From Lama glama (Eukaryota), in NCBI GenBank assembly GCA_028534125.1, contig CM052818.1, forward strand, positions 44,084,001 through 44,148,000: 64,000 bases of DNA. Direction: 5' to 3'. Under the pieces are notes generated by a model. It did not search any database. It was not told where the DNA came from and saw nothing but the letters and a program-made list of their open reading frames with translations. The translations under genes and the position numbers were made by a program. Of the stretch, positions 12,836-27,300 are shown piece by piece. How positions within the stretch are numbered: the first letter of the stretch is position 1; the number at the start of each line of letters is the position of its first letter.

Positions 12836-15348
12836 GAAGCAGATAGCTGGTAAGAGATGAATCTCCATCACTCTCTGAGTTTCAACCTGTGCATTTTTCA
12901 TGTATCTCTACAGGAGGATCAAGCAATACAGAAATCTGCAGACCAGATACCTGCAAAAGCATTTAGAAGAGAGGTCACATGATTTACACACCTCTTACAC
13001 CCTCAACCACATGTCAGCAAGGAAACCTTTTAGATGCGTGGAGCTCTCGGCAGCCTGGAGGGAGAAAATTCAGGAATATTCTGCTTGGCACCGATGACTG
13101 AGGAAATCCCCCTCCAGCAATGGTTTCAAACATTCGAGTTAGTGATTTTTCAAATGTATTTATATCTTTGGCCTTGTTTAACTTTTCACTGAGTTCCCTT
13201 TCAAGAAGCAGAAGCCAAAAAAAACAAAAAAAGGAGTTACGGGAGCCTCAGCAAGAAGTCTCCTGAGACACCACCGTCTGCTGGAAAATTCTCCTCAAGA
13301 GTTTACGAGACAAATACAAATATATACTAGATGAAGTTTTCAGCGACTTTTAAACTGTTTGCATTTCAAGAAGATTCCAAGAAGAGTTTCTGTCCCTGGC
13401 AGGTTCTTGGGTTTCTGGGCTTAAATTTAAAAAATCTAAATCACATCACACCTCAGGCAAAACGCCCCAGAAGCAGCATCCCTGAGGGATCTAGGCATCA
13501 AAGGACCCACTGGGTTTTAGGAAATATTTTCAATATTTTTTCTATGTGGTTCATTTAACTCCAACAGCTTTGGGGGACAGAAATTACCACTCTCATCTCA
13601 CAGAGGTGGAAATGGAATCTCAGATTATGTAATTCAAAGTTACGTGCCCTGTAAGAGTCTCATATTCCTTTTGGGTAAAATGGATTTGTGTTACCTGTTT
13701 TGCAATGTTGTCACAGAATTAACATTGAAGAACATAGTAGGTGCTCAATAAATGGCTGGTGTCATCCCATGTGCGTAAAAGAAGATCCAGATCCAAGTTC
13801 TATAGATTCAAAAGAGCAGCTGCTTTCTATTCCCCACGCAGGCTCCCCTGGGGTCCAGCCTCCGCTGTCCTTTGTTTTATGGTCACAGGCACCAGAGGCT
13901 GCTTTCCTGGCTTTTTGACCTAAGGCCCCTGTTCCAAGCTGTGAATTAAGTGGACCCCTCTCACTGGAGCTCCTCTTCCTTTCTGCCTGCAAAGACAAGG
14001 GACCCTTCTTTTTCAGGACTTTGCTGTCATCCACTCTGATGACAAGCTAGTGATGACAAAAATAGCCAATATGTAGAGTCAGCTAAGGGTGCAGTGTCCT
14101 ATAAAACCCTTGTGAGCTGTGATCAGGAACATCCGTCTTCTGTTCCTAGAACCTTCTTAATAGAAGGTGACAGTAGTAAATATGTTTGTTCAGTATTTAT
14201 TCTGCAACATCTATGCAGAGTCCCCACCAGAATTTCCCAGGGGGTCTTGAGACAAGGACAGGGAAGTTCATTCCTCCACAATGGCTCCTCCTTCCAGCAG
14301 GAGGATCCAGTTTGGATGGATTCTCTCCGTGTTCGTCTTCTCTGGGGAGCATTTGTATTTCTAATAGTCTTGGTGAGGAGACTCACTGCCTTACACCTCT
14401 GAACCACTCATATTCGGGTACTTTATCCAAACTACAAACATGATGAAATATCATTCAATCAGATTATATGAGACAGCAAACGTTTAACATAATAAAATTC
14501 TTCACCTCAGAGAAGTTTTTGTTTTATGCTCTGTGAGTCTTTTCCCTTCTGGTTTTAAATATTAGATTATTGTTTTTGAAAAATATTTGAAAACATAGAG
14601 GAAGCAAAAGTAACAGGGAAATAATTACCTAAAGCCCTCATTTGGAGGTAAACTCAGGACTGTTAATATTGTGTGGGTTTCTTCCTGATACTTTTAGTCA
14701 TCTCTCTTTTTGTGTAGGTGAGATCATAGTGTGTGTGTCCATGTGTGTGTATGTGTGTGTGTACGTGTGTGTGTACCCTTCAGTGTCCTGCTATCCTCAG
14801 CCAGCATAAACCACTAATATTTTCCCTTATCATAAAAGACAAGAGAAACTTCTATTTGGAAAAGATTAAGGAAAAATAACAGATTTATGCGAAAAAAAAA
14901 AAAGGCATTCTGGATAGCATCCTGGAACAGAATAGGTTCATTCATGGAAAAACAAGTGGAATTCAATTAAACTCCAGAAACACTAACTTCCCGGATCTGA
15001 TCATTGTTAATTGTACTATCATTACATAAGATGCTAACATTAGGGGACACTAGCTGACAGGTATGTGGAAAGTCTGTACTCTCTTTGAAACTTCTCTGTA
15101 AGACTAAGGTTAGTTCAAGATAGAAAGTAAAAATTTTTCTCATTATATAACAACATATTTATCACAGATCTAGTTTGTACCTATTTTTAAAGTGCTCTGT
15201 GAAAATGTGCTGCACCATTGCTGTGATGTATACCATTCTGTTATGAGTAGCATATAAGATAACTCTTTCACAATTTTGAGAAATTTCTCAAAATAAAGCC
15301 CCAGATTGTAATTACTAGGTCACAGGGTTTCAATATACTTAACCATTT

Positions 15349-15476
15349 TTTAACAATTTTTTATTAAGTTATAGTCATTTTACAAATGTTGTGTCAAGTT
15401 CCAGTATAGGGCACAATTTTTCAGTTATACATGAACATACATAAATTCATTGTCACATTTTTTTCCCGCTGTGAGC
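15349..15476 (-). mobile_element. Very short young L1 3' stub
   Basis: Matches the reverse complement of the L1 end at about 61955-62074. Perfect 13-bp TSD tacttaaccattt (15336-15348 / 15477-15489). Confidence 0.9.
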
Positions 15477-15919
15477 TACTTAACCATTTCGATGCAAATT
15501 ATCAAGTCTTTTTAAAAATGTTTTGCCAATTAACCTTCTGACCATCACTCACAGAGTGCACCTTTTGTGATGAAAAAATAATTTTTACTAATCTGATAGG
15601 TGAAAATGGTTGAGACATTTTTAGACGGCATCTCTTTATACAAAAATTCAAGTTTGTGCCAGTTACTCCTTGAAATTTAGGGGTTCTCTTATTGATTCTG
15701 AATAAGGTATCTATATGTAAAATGTGACAATTCTTTACCTACCATATGTTACAGATTTTGGTTGGCTTGGAAATGTTTAAGAAACATATCCTAATTACAT
15801 CAAAGAACATGACTTAATAAAAACAAGCTTCAAATATTTCTTAGTTAATATTAGTACTAAGATCTTATTAATAGGACTTAGTAATTACTAAAATTCTTAA
15901 CAGTTTATTCCCCTTATTA

Positions 15920-17165
15920 TGTAAAGAAGCTCATTTAAAAAGGCTACATACTGTATAATTAAGTTTATACGACCTCTGGAAAAAGCAAAATTACTGAGAT
16001 TGCAGTGAGAAGGTTGGTGGTTTCAGGGCTTTGAGTAGAGAGGAGGGTTGAATGAAGCAAAAGAGATAGTATAGGTCAGTGAAACTATTCTCTATGATAC
16101 TTAAAAAGTAAATATATGACACTATGTATTGTTAAAATTCACAGAAATTTACAGCACAAAGAATAAATCTTAATTTATGCCTATTTAAAAGATATTGTAG
16201 AAGTTTGGTTCAGAACCTTAGGTACAGCACAAAATACAGACTGTTGCAACATAACCTAATTGTATTTCAAATGTATGAAATAACCTCACTGAAGGGTGTG
16301 AGGAAAAAGATGCTACCCTAATTAACTTAGGAAATGAGCAAAGACTAAGAATAAAGACAAAATAAATTACATATAAGATTTATGCTGCAGCTGATAAAGT
16401 TGTTTCCCATGAGGGCAAGATGAATATTTCTGATACAGCTAACCATGTATATTGGAGCTGAACAGCTAAGTAAATGAATGGCAGATGGTCAAACCACGTT
16501 TCTCACTGTTGGGGTGGGAGGTTGCAGGTAAGAAAGGCATAAGATAATCTACGTGGCACTGGATTAGAGCTAGAGACGTCAGCGTGAACTCATCTTTAGC
16601 TTAATATAGTTACAGGTAGTTAAAGAAATGCTTATAGAAATGTTAATGTAAGTGGGTTAATACACATACACATATTTCCTTAAGGGCCAGAAGCAGTAAC
16701 ACTCCAACTGAACGAGCACACCTAAGGTCCGGATTTTTGTTTCTAATACCATCCTTCAATTAAAAATATCTAGGGCTTCTTGGAGGCATGGCCAGTTCTT
16801 GGGTTGAAGCAGGGATGATGCAAAGTGAGCCTGGAGCATTTTGTAATGTCAGAAAGTAAAGAAGCACTCAAAACACATGCACATGCACACACATGCATGC
16901 ACACACACATGCACACATGCATGCACACACACACACATGCACACATGCATGCACACACTCACACAGTGATGGGAATGTCAAAAGGATACAGGAACCTCTG
17001 AGAGAGCTCCCAAAGGCCAAAACTGGAACAATTTTGACAACAAAATGAACAGAGAGTTTGGAATTACAACCAAAGTATAAAATAAATATCAAGGAATCCA
17101 CATTAAGAAAAAATAATTGAGTAAGTAAATTAATAATGGGGGGAATGGACACATTCCTATCTACT
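15920..17165 (+). mobile_element. L1MC-type 3'UTR (L1MC3/4-like) containing a (CA/CATG)n tract at 16873-16964
   Basis: aaaaggctacatactgtat...ctggaaaaagcaaaa; gaaactattctctatgatac; ttgtttctaataccat...gtgagcctggagcattttgtaatgtcagaaagtaa. Confidence 0.7.
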
Positions 17166-18719
17166 GTTTTTGAATGATTCACTTATATTATCAGGGACTA
17201 ATGTCATCCAATAGTTTTAAATGAATAAATGAATAAATACTCCCTAAATAATTATCATACTTTTATCAGAATTTTCCTTTCTAAGAACGACTGCACCTGA
17301 AATTCTCAGGTTCAGTTTTCAAAGTCCAATAGCAAATCTCTTCTACTGTTTCTGGAAACACAATTACTAAACTAACTTTGAGTGTAAAGTTCCATCCAGT
17401 CCTCAGATTACTGCCATTGTTGGAATGGCACCAAAGATTCTCAGTTTCTAGGTGGTGTCAGGTTTATTTTAATGGAGGCTTCATCTCAGGTTTATTTGTC
17501 CTATATAACATTTTTTTTTAAATGTGTACCTATCTCTGAACTCACTTCAGGAATGGAAGACTCCACTCTGCTGAAATGTTCCAGTTTGGTTATACCCTGA
17601 GCCTTCAGGCCTATCCCAGCCACAATAAATCGCACATCTTGTGGGAAAATGTGTCATTTGCATGGCATTTGCCCTTTGAGAATATGTGTATGTGTTTCTT
17701 GTGCCAAAGACATTTGAGAGTGTAATAGAGGGTGTGCTGAGTGAGGGAACGAGCGTGTGGCTGAGTGATGTACTTCACTTGCTGGTGGGAACTCCCAGGC
17801 AGGGCCTGGCCTCAGTTTCTCCCCTTGATCTCAGAAAAAAAGCATCCATTTTATCCAAAGTTCTAATGTTGAATCCAAACCAAACATTGGGTCCTTTTGT
17901 CTAGTTGAAAACCTACGTCTTTTGCAGCACGTGTATAATTACACACTATAACAACCTCTCACATTCACGTAATATTTGACATTTGACAAACCCACGTGCC
18001 AGTTACATCATTAAGCCTTAACCTCCTCCTCTGTGTACATTCCCTTCCACCACCCACTCTCCCCCCACCCCGAAAACTCGCAATCAAGAAGCATGGAGTG
18101 TTTGCCGTATTTTATGGATTGAGGAAATGGAAGCTTACAGAGGGTAAATGACAGCCCAAGGTTAGAGAAATACCCAGTAGAGGAACACCTGTGCAAACAG
18201 ATTGTGGGCTGAGTGTTTTGTTTTTAGAAACACAGCTCAGATTCCCCAGGACCATGCCTTGCTCCTAGTACATTATCAGATACAAGCCTGATTCTTGCAC
18301 AGGGATTTCTGGGCTCTCTCAGTTTAGAGGAATCACTCCCTTTTCCTTCCCCGCGATACTTCCCACTCTCACGGAGACCTGGCTCCATGATCTTCTGCCA
18401 TGGTGTGTATCGCAATCTGTCTTGATAGGAATCACTTTGAGGATACACCTGTTTCTGTTGTAAACTTGAGTACCATGAAAGGCAGTGCCCCAGCCTGACT
18501 CTTCTCCATATCCGTAGCCCACATGCCAGCATTGGTCTCTATCCTGGGATGGAGTGATGGCCAATAGTGGGTGTGGAACAGCACTGATTGATTATGGTGA
18601 GAAATTGAAGGATGGAGAAGGTCGAGACTTGGAGGGAAACTAGTATGTGTGGATCCCCATTGCTTGCCAGACTGTGGCCTCAGAACCTTACACCTATTCT
18701 CCATTCATTTGTGACTTAA

Positions 18720-18860
18720 ATATTATCACCCCCATCTTCAAGATGGAGCAAGTCACACTCAGAGAGTTAGGTTATTTGTCCAAGGTCATCTAGCTAGTAA
18801 GTGTCAGCCCCAGGATCTGAACCTGGACCAGACAATCCCGTAATCGGTACTCTTTGTACT
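18720..18860 (-). mobile_element. MIR SINE
   Basis: tattatcacccccatcttcaagatgg...ttatttgtccaaggtcatctagctagtaagtgtcagccccaggatctgaacc. Confidence 0.8.
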
Positions 18861-20460
18861 AAAAGATGACCCTGTGCAAATCGGCAGTGTTATGAGGATT
18901 TTGATTTCTCAAGCATCAAGGATTAATCCCATTTATATCCATCACATGAACATCATAGAGCAAGTACCCGAGAGAGAAATAGGATGGGAAATTGTCTACA
19001 TGTATTTTATACTTTCAAGAAAGCTTGGGGTCTAATTTCATTCTTGTCTCCACTTTTTTTTTTTCTCAAACTGAGAACAGCTGGCTGTTTTCCACTTGAG
19101 TATAAATGGATGTCTGAATTGCAAAGGTGCCCAGAGCTCAGAGTTACTTAACTTTCAGTTTAGGTAACCACCCTGCATTGCACAACCATCAAGTGGGGTA
19201 TGATGCAATTTTTTAAACAGACTTTGCAAAACAAGTATTGAGTAACTCGAGTCTCTCTTTATCCTTGTATGTGCCTAGCAACCTTGCAGGTCTGTTTGAC
19301 AGAAAAAAAAAAATTTGCCCTTGGACAGCAGTTCAGCCAGATCCTCAAAGGCTCAGAAAAGCAAGAGACTTTGGGGTGTTGCAATCAGTCGGCCTGGCTG
19401 AGATTAACCCCAAGGAAAGTGAGGGAAGTGCTCTGGCTCCCCCCAGCCACTCCTCTCCCTGGGGATGGGCAGTGGGGACAGAGGCAGAAGCTAAATGCAT
19501 GGACACATTTCAGCTTTTACATGATGGACTGCGGGGCTTGCCACAGAGATGAAAACAGTTCTAACACTTTTTTTTTTCTGTTGAAAAATGATGCATCATT
19601 ACAGAAAATTTTGAAAAAAGAAAAATAAATCATTGATCATTGTATCACCCCAACAGACATGTTTTCATTCATGTTTTACACTGGGGGACAAAGTAAAGGA
19701 AATGTACCACCTACTGGGCATTACTGGATTAGAAGCTGGACTCAATGACTTATATTTATAATCAAATTTACCTATGACAAAAATCCTCCAAGTTCTCCCC
19801 AAAGATTTTCTCCCATTTTACAGATAAAAATAGAAACTAAGGAAATCTCAGTACCCAAATGAAATTGCCTGAGCAAACCATGAATCTGGGATTCCACGCC
19901 AGTTCTGTGTGAATACAAAACTAGTGGCTCATTCTTCATCACTGTCAATCAACTTGATATCTTTCTCATCTATCAGGATATCTAAGCATGTTATTTTACT
20001 ACCCATGTCTGAGGTAATATTTTAATATATACAATTGAAATATCAATAGATATATACTCATTTACTTTAGAACATTAATTTTTACAGGAGGTATAAATCT
20101 CAGGTTACAAGAAATGTGGATTTCCATTTCCAGTCTCCATTTTGCTAGGTAGTAAGAACTTAATCCCCTCAATGAGGGACTTACATGCCTGGGCCATGGC
20201 AAATTCCCAAGTGTTGTCTGTGCTCCAGGTTCTTGACTAGTGCCTGGCCTGTTGGGGAAAAGGCTTTGCTTCCTCCCCTGTTGGGTTCCTATTTACAATG
20301 GATTTATTGCGTTTCTAAATGAGGCTCGCAGGAAGGCCACAGGCTATGAGATCAGTGGCAGGAACTTGTGACCACTGGGCTGAATCTTGGGATGTGTCAG
20401 GGCAGGAGAGGACACTTGAAGTGTAGCCACCTTACAGGTGACCAGTGAGCAGATGACATT

Positions 20461-20897
20461 TGTCTGAGTCAGATTTTTCCAAAGGAGCAGAACCAAGAAA
20501 AGAGAGCCATTTTAAGGAATTGACTCACATGATTGTGGAGACTTGGAGAATTCAATATTTGATGGGAGAGGCCAGCAGCCTGGAATCAAGAAAAAGTTAC
20601 AGTCCAAGTCCAGAGGCAGTCTACTCTAGGACCAGGAAAAGCCAATGTTGTAGATGAAGTCTGAAGGCAGTCTGCTGGAGAATTCTCTCTTGGGCCAGGG
20701 AGGTCATTCTTTTGTTCTACCAGACCCTCCACTGATTGGATGTGGCCCACCCACTGTGGAGGGCCAACTGCTTTACTTAAAGTCCACCTAATGTAAATCT
20801 CATCCAAAAACAGCTTAACAGAAACATCCAGAGGAACACTTGACAACATATCTGGGCCCTGGGACTTAGGCAAAGTGACATAAAGTTAAGCATCACA
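20461..20897 (-). mobile_element. Complete ERVL solo LTR (MLT2-like)
   Basis: TG...CA termini with a perfect 5-bp TSD acatt (20456-20460 / 20898-20902). Internal actgattggatgtggcccaccca and aaggaattgactcacatgattgtggag. Confidence 0.9.
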
Positions 20898-21647
20898 ACA
20901 TTATTTGTATGAACATGTCCTATACATACGTACAGCAAAAACGAGGCCACCTCTCCAGTGCTTCTGCTGATTAGTTTAAACCAACTTCTCAACTTTTTAG
21001 GTCATTCTGAGAGAGGGCACTTTCTGAAAACCAAAAACCAAAATTAAAACAACCTATATTTACAACGTATGAATTAATTCATTTAGAAATATTGTTCTGG
21101 GCTCTGTGTTAATCTCTGCAGTCACAGGTGAATAAAACACTGTTCTTTGTCCCAAGGAATTGAGTTTTATGGAGAGATAATGAAACAAGACATTGTAAAT
21201 CACTACAATAATTGCTAAAACTGTAATAATCAAGGGTGCTAAGGGACCCCGTTATGTTGGCCTTTCATAAATTTTCACCTGGGTGTTACACTACCAGCTA
21301 CACCAAGGGATATTAGAAGACATAACTGTAAGAAACATGCCACTGTGTTGATGGGGTGGAGGACGATGTGCAGGATGACATTTACAGCATCCCATGGGGT
21401 TCCCTTTATGAAGACCTAGCGTGGGAAGCATCATGATCTCAAAAACAATGCAGTTGTGCTTCCCATTAGCAACAGGTTAGCTTTTGCTTTAAGAACACAG
21501 TTAATTCTAAGTGATAATGTACTTAGTTTTTCTTTGCTTTGACTATGTAGGGGGGAAAGTCCAAAGTTGGGGACCATCTCTAGCAGCCCTTCAGGACTAC
21601 ACTGCATGCATTCTGTATGCTGACTATACTCCAACATACAGTCTTCC

Positions 21648-21649
<2 letters not shown>

Positions 21650-21719
<70 letters not shown>

Positions 21720-21740
21720 TCCTTTTCTTTCTTTCTTTCA
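21650..21740. repeat. (TTTC)n tetranucleotide microsatellite
   Basis: About 17 perfect units followed by a degenerate CT-rich tail. Confidence 0.97.
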
Positions 21741-23436
21741 TTCTCTCTTTCTACCTCCATTTTTCCTTCACTAGATTTTTAAAAAGTCTGACTGTATTTA
21801 ATGTTTTGTTGATAGCCAATTCAAACCCATTTGGGAAAGACATTGGAAATTAGGGTGATGGAAAGGCAGATGGATGGATGGATGGAGAGATAAATTTTCC
21901 TTTGAGGGTGATGAGGGAAGTGCCACTGAAGCAATGACACAGCCAAGCTGGGTCTAGGAGGATAGCAGGTAAGGACAGCCTCCACTTGGGGGTAGGTAGG
22001 GCAGAGAGAAGGGGGAGTCTGGACTGCACTAATCGTTGGTGAACAGAGCTAATTAAATAAGTGACATAGTAATTGCATCATCTGTTTAATGCACTTCAGA
22101 ATGCGTCCCAGATACTTTGGTCATTATGCTGATGGAAAGCTTTTTGAAAAGAAAAGAAAAAAGCCATCTCTCTATGCTCATCCTGTAATTATCCATTTCT
22201 TGCCTACCTCTTGCTGTTTTTGATAAGAACCATTGGATAATAATTACAGCCTCAGCTAATGTATTAATAACGCTGTCGAAGTACACCTCTTTATGCCGCT
22301 ATGAAAGACTGAAATATGTTAACCTTTTAAATGTCCTCTGTCACAGGCTGTGTCAGACTTTTATTAATGGCCTGCTTCAGCTGCCCAGACTCCAGCTAGC
22401 TGCAGACGTGTGCGATGTGTAGAAACAAAGGCTCTTCATTTTGCTCACGGTCATTTCCCTTTTTAGGAACTTGAAATAAAATACTGTGTTTATCCTGTAT
22501 ATCCTAAGAATGTACGTCAGCTGCAAAGCCTGAAATAGACATGGCTTTGCTGCCCTAAATATTTGATTCTTGAGTCAAGTTTTTATAATTGCTAGACATC
22601 CTTCTTTAAATATAGAAGGACAGTCAGTGGACCTGCGCATTTGAAATAAACATCGTGTTCAGATGGAGCACTGTTTTGTTTGATTTTTTCAAAAGAATAT
22701 CCTCAGGCTTGATGCATGCAGGGGAATGATGAGATATTTGACTCATCTAAGGTCACGTAGCTTTGGGGAGACACGATCAAGAGGTCTTTGAGATACGAGA
22801 AGGTGCTTCTTGTAGTTAAGGGGTGTAGTTAGGCTCAGACATAAACGTCAACGTGTCCTTTTGTAAAACCATCGCTAATCAGCCATTACCCCAACTTGCT
22901 GGCTGCTGTTTTACTGATAAGTACTTTCAGATTAAACAGCGAAGGCAAATACATTTACCACAGACAAAAGCACATACGAGGGGACCTAACTGCCTTTGAA
23001 CTGTTTGATAACTTATCTTCCAGGACCAGGGCGTTAAGCTAGAGTTGCAAGGCTGCCCTGACATCGGCAGGAATAGCCTTGGGATAAAAGAATTTTCAAG
23101 TGGTCCTGTGTGGCACGTTCTCAAGTTAGAGGAAAACATTAATAAATAAGGAACTCAAAGTTCATGTGTATGTTCGGGGTGTACTTATGTGTGTGATGAG
23201 TTTCCACTGTTCATCCTTCTCATTCTTGGAATATGGGGTTCAACCTGCCTTTAGACGGTGGCTTTCAGATTCCATCGTTAATTGGGAAAGGAGCTTGCTA
23301 GGGTTTGTTTCCTTGAATTAAAGTTAAGGAGGAGACATAAGTATGATTTGTTCATTTGAAAGGTCAGAGTGAAGGGAGTTTTCTAACAGATGTTTTGAAG
23401 ATGACGGTGAAAATTTTAGAACACATAAGATCTATC

Positions 23437-23500
23437 ATCTCCTCTCTCTCTCTCTCTCTCTCTCTTTATCTCTCTCTCCCTACCTATTTATCTATCTCTC
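23437..23500. repeat. (CT)n / CTAT simple repeat
   Basis: Seen directly in the sequence. Confidence 0.9.
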
Positions 23501-26119
23501 TAGAAAGCAAAGCAAGGAGAAGTAGCCCAGCTTGATAATGATTGAAGAGTTTTATCAACTTATATTCAATCCACCTAGTTTTTCTTTTTCCCACCAGTAA
23601 TTAATGTAGTCAACAAATATTTGTTGAACACTTACTACCTCTCTGGTGCTCGGCAAGTTGCTGGAAAATAAAACAGATTCAAGCAGGCATTTTCCGCCCA
23701 AGTTTGCACAGACAGGTGCAGAGACGATTGAAATTTCATGAGCTAGGCGCCACGATGAAAGTGAACAGGGAGGCCTAAATGCTCAGAGAACAGGCACCAC
23801 CCCCAGGCTGAGTGGGGGAGAAAGAGAAGAGCGAGAATGCTTCCTGGAGAGGCTGGCTCGGCTTGTCTCTTTGTTTTGGCTACCTCTTTGTGTTTGGGGG
23901 ATTTCAAAGGCAGAAGCGTGAATTAACAATATTTCTCAGTTCCTGGCTTCAGATCAGCTTGTGGATATTTGTAAAGACCTATTCTTATTTACATATCTAG
24001 TTTTTGCTGTTTACTTATTCCTTTTCTTTTCTCACCATCCCTCACTCCCATGTCTCCTACCCAGCACCCCTCCCCACTATCAGTAACAATTCGATACTGG
24101 TCTATGTTTGTCTTTGAATGTCTTTATACACTATGTGCATTGTGGTTTTGTATGCACGTATTTTAATTTCTGCAAGTGGCATTGTTTTTCAGATCTTGTT
24201 CTATTTCTAACTCTTGTCACTGTGCACTGTGTGGTTCACATCCATCCACCGTGCCGTGTCTGACAGCTGCCTAACCATCTCCTCCACCTCCTCACCATCT
24301 TGGGTGGACCTGTAGGTGATCTCTAACTCCCTCCCATTACACGTGGATGTCCTTGTGAGGTGAACCGTTAGAGCATCCAGGATGTGTGCGTTTTTTACTT
24401 AAAAACAAATGAGTCAGTATTTTCGGACATATACCTTGTGAATAATACAAAGACGTAAAACACAACCCTTTTCCTCTATGTATTGACTCTAGAGTTGAGG
24501 AGGATGTGGGATTAAAATACTCTAATAAAATAAATACTCTACTAAAAGCAGACAAAGTAAAATAAATAACTCAGTGGAAAATAAAAGTGCTAGATCAAAG
24601 ACTCTAAGATAGAAAAGAAGATAATTGGCTTCTGTTGAGAACTTACTACGGGCTAGATTTTTGGCTACAAATTTACCGAGCACTGAACAGCCTTCCTGGT
24701 AATAATGGGAGAGCGAGGGAGGGAGGGAGACTTCTGAGGGCAAAAGCTAAGGAGCTTACTTGGAAAATACAAGATGTATTCAGGGAAGATAAGACTTCTT
24801 CCAGCATAGCTGGGGGCAGAAAGAACATTATAGTCAGAGCAAATCAAAGGAATAAAGGATTGTTGTTCAAAACATGCAGGGCATTTGGGAGAACAGGAAT
24901 TAGGTCCGTCTGAAGGAGACATGCAGAGCATAAGAATCGTGAATATGTTTTAGAAAATTGCAGCAGGTGATATCACTCAATGCTGTTTTAAATGATGAAC
25001 AGAGATTTTTTAAATCAACTAATCCAGTAAGTATCTGTTGAACAACTTATACATGCCATGCGGTTTTCTAAAATCTGGGATTCCACAGTGAAAGAGACAA
25101 GGTCAGGTCACTATCCTCATGGAACCTACATTCTAGTGAGTGACAGTCGCCAATTAATAAGTTTAAAAATGAGCAGACAAATAAATAAGCAAACCGAACA
25201 AAACATATTCAGTAAGATGCACCAGCTCTCATGGTCTCATTGTATGAATCAGGAAAAACTGCCCCCTCTGGGTGGACAAAATCAAAAAGAAAAGCACCCC
25301 TCCTTCTGTGCTGAAGGGCTTGTCCACTCCACAGCTCCTTTCACTCATGCACACGTGAGGCTCCCCTAGAACTCAGGGAGAATCTGTGGATTCGGGTCCC
25401 TCCTTCCCACCCTGCTGGCCCGGAGCCATTGCCAATGTCCGAACCACACAGCCCCAAGGCAGCCCTGGAGGGAGGGCAGTGGGTTAGAGAGAGACAGCCG
25501 TGGAGGGCGGACTCGTCAGCGCCGTCTGGGCTGGTCTCGCTGAAGTGGTGGTATTGGTCCTGTGGTCTCAACGATGATCCTTCCAGGCCGTGGAGCTGAC
25601 AAAGGCAAGAGCCCCAACACAGAGCTAGCGTGCTTGTTTGTGACCCAGAAAGGCCAGAGAGTGAGGAGAGAGGAGCAGGGGGTGGAGAGAGAAAGGCAGC
25701 CCAACGACCCAAGCCACGCTCGGGAGTTTGCACGTTGCTTTAAGATGGCATTTTAAATGGTGCGTGTGTGCAGTGCGTGTGCTGTTCTAGTCGAAATTGG
25801 GAGTAGTTTCATTAAAGAATGAGGCGTGTAAGGATCTTCAGAACATCCTGGTTTCTATGCAAGATGCAATACTCTTAAATCATGACACCCTGATACATGG
25901 ACTCAAGATCTAAGAAAGCTACACTTGAAAGGGATCTCGTATATCATTTAGTTCAAACTTTCTTCTTATTTAAATGGAAAAAAATGAGATGACAGAGGAT
26001 AAAAAAAAAAAAATGGACCCAAGTCGCAACTATAGAAAGGCTGACAAAGTTACCCGATCCTCACTTCTGATCCCGGAAAGTTAACTGATCTGGATCCTCT
26101 TTTTCAAATGACCAAACAT

Positions 26120-27300
26120 TTTCCACTCATACATTCTAATGAGACATTGAGCATTAATTTGAGCACATTCTCCACACCAGGAACCAGATTAGTCTCTGAG
26201 AATATTGAGATGAAAAAGCCACCAGTCCAGCTAGGGAGGCAGACAGGGAAAGTGACCATTGAGTCCAGTGTAAAAGTCTATGATAGAGACAACTCCATGA
26301 CATTATGGGTGTTAACAGAGTGATTTTTGTATGCCAAGGGAAGTTAGAGAAACTCAGAGAAAGGCTAGTATTTGAATGAGTTTTTAAAGAATGAGTAAGG
26401 ATAAGCTCGGCGTGAACAAGGGGGAAATCAAGCTCAGAGTAAACAAAGTGGAAATCTAGCTCAGACTTTCCCTAACCTTTTTATGACATGAATCTCTTCA
26501 GCCGTCTAGTGAAACCTATGAACTCCATCACAGAGTAATGACTTTAAAGCATTAAAATATGGCATGATACTTAAAGGCATGAAACCAAATAAAAAAGGAA
26601 AAATAAATAAATAGGAAGCCAATTACAGTTTAAAATTGTTATATTGAAATACAACTTAAAAACATTAAAAATTGTAATATATTGCCTCTTTCTTAGTGTA
26701 TTAATAGATCTCGTTAAACACAATACTCTAGCAGTGGTCTGTTAACTATCATGCTTTCAAAATAGTGGAGCATAAACAATAGTTCAAGGTCTCTACAATA
26801 CTCGTAATGTGATATGGAAAAAAATTATGCTTTCTGTTAGTGACAAAATCACAAGTATTATTTCTAATACTATTGCTGTGGTATGTTGCTAAATTCATAA
26901 TGGAAGGAGATGATAAATTTCAGTGGGTGTGAGTGAGTATAAATAGGAAAAATTTCTCATCCACGTTCACAAGCTCTCTATCCATAGAACTCTCTATCCA
27001 TTGGAAATCAGTGAACACCAGATCAAGAGCCCTGTGCTAGAAAGATGACTTGTATGTGAAAACATAAGGCAGCGTAAAGGAAAATGGCGGGACTAGAGAG
27101 GAGATGAGAGCTTGGTCTGATTAAAGCTTCGTGTGCAAACAAATCAATGAAAATTGAACCAAATTATGAAGGCTTATGTGAAGATTAAATAATTTTGACT
27201 TTACCTTTCTGACATGGAAAGCCTTCAAAAAAATTTTTGAGTAGGACATTGGCAATGTCATACGTGGGTTCTGGAAGTTAAATCTGATTATCAAAGAAGG
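26120..27300 (-). mobile_element. L2 fragments split by the Charlie4a-like insertion
   Basis: Purine-rich antisense L2 motifs on both sides of the insertion (tttgaatgagtttttaaagaatgagtaagga; ttttgactttaccttt...atggaaagcctt). Confidence 0.55.
26462..27034 (+). mobile_element. hAT-Charlie element (Charlie4a-like)
   Basis: Starts cagactttccctaaccttttt...gtctagtgaaacctatg and ends ccagatcaagagccctg. Flanks atctagct / tgctagaa share the CTAG core typical of Charlie targets. Confidence 0.75.

Noticed and set aside
16770..17182. Cys/His-rich ORFs resembling metal-binding proteins
   Set aside because: Translations of a (CA/CATG)n simple repeat.
21431..21853. ORFs with ERKK / FFLS repeats
   Set aside because: Translations of the (TTTC)n microsatellite.
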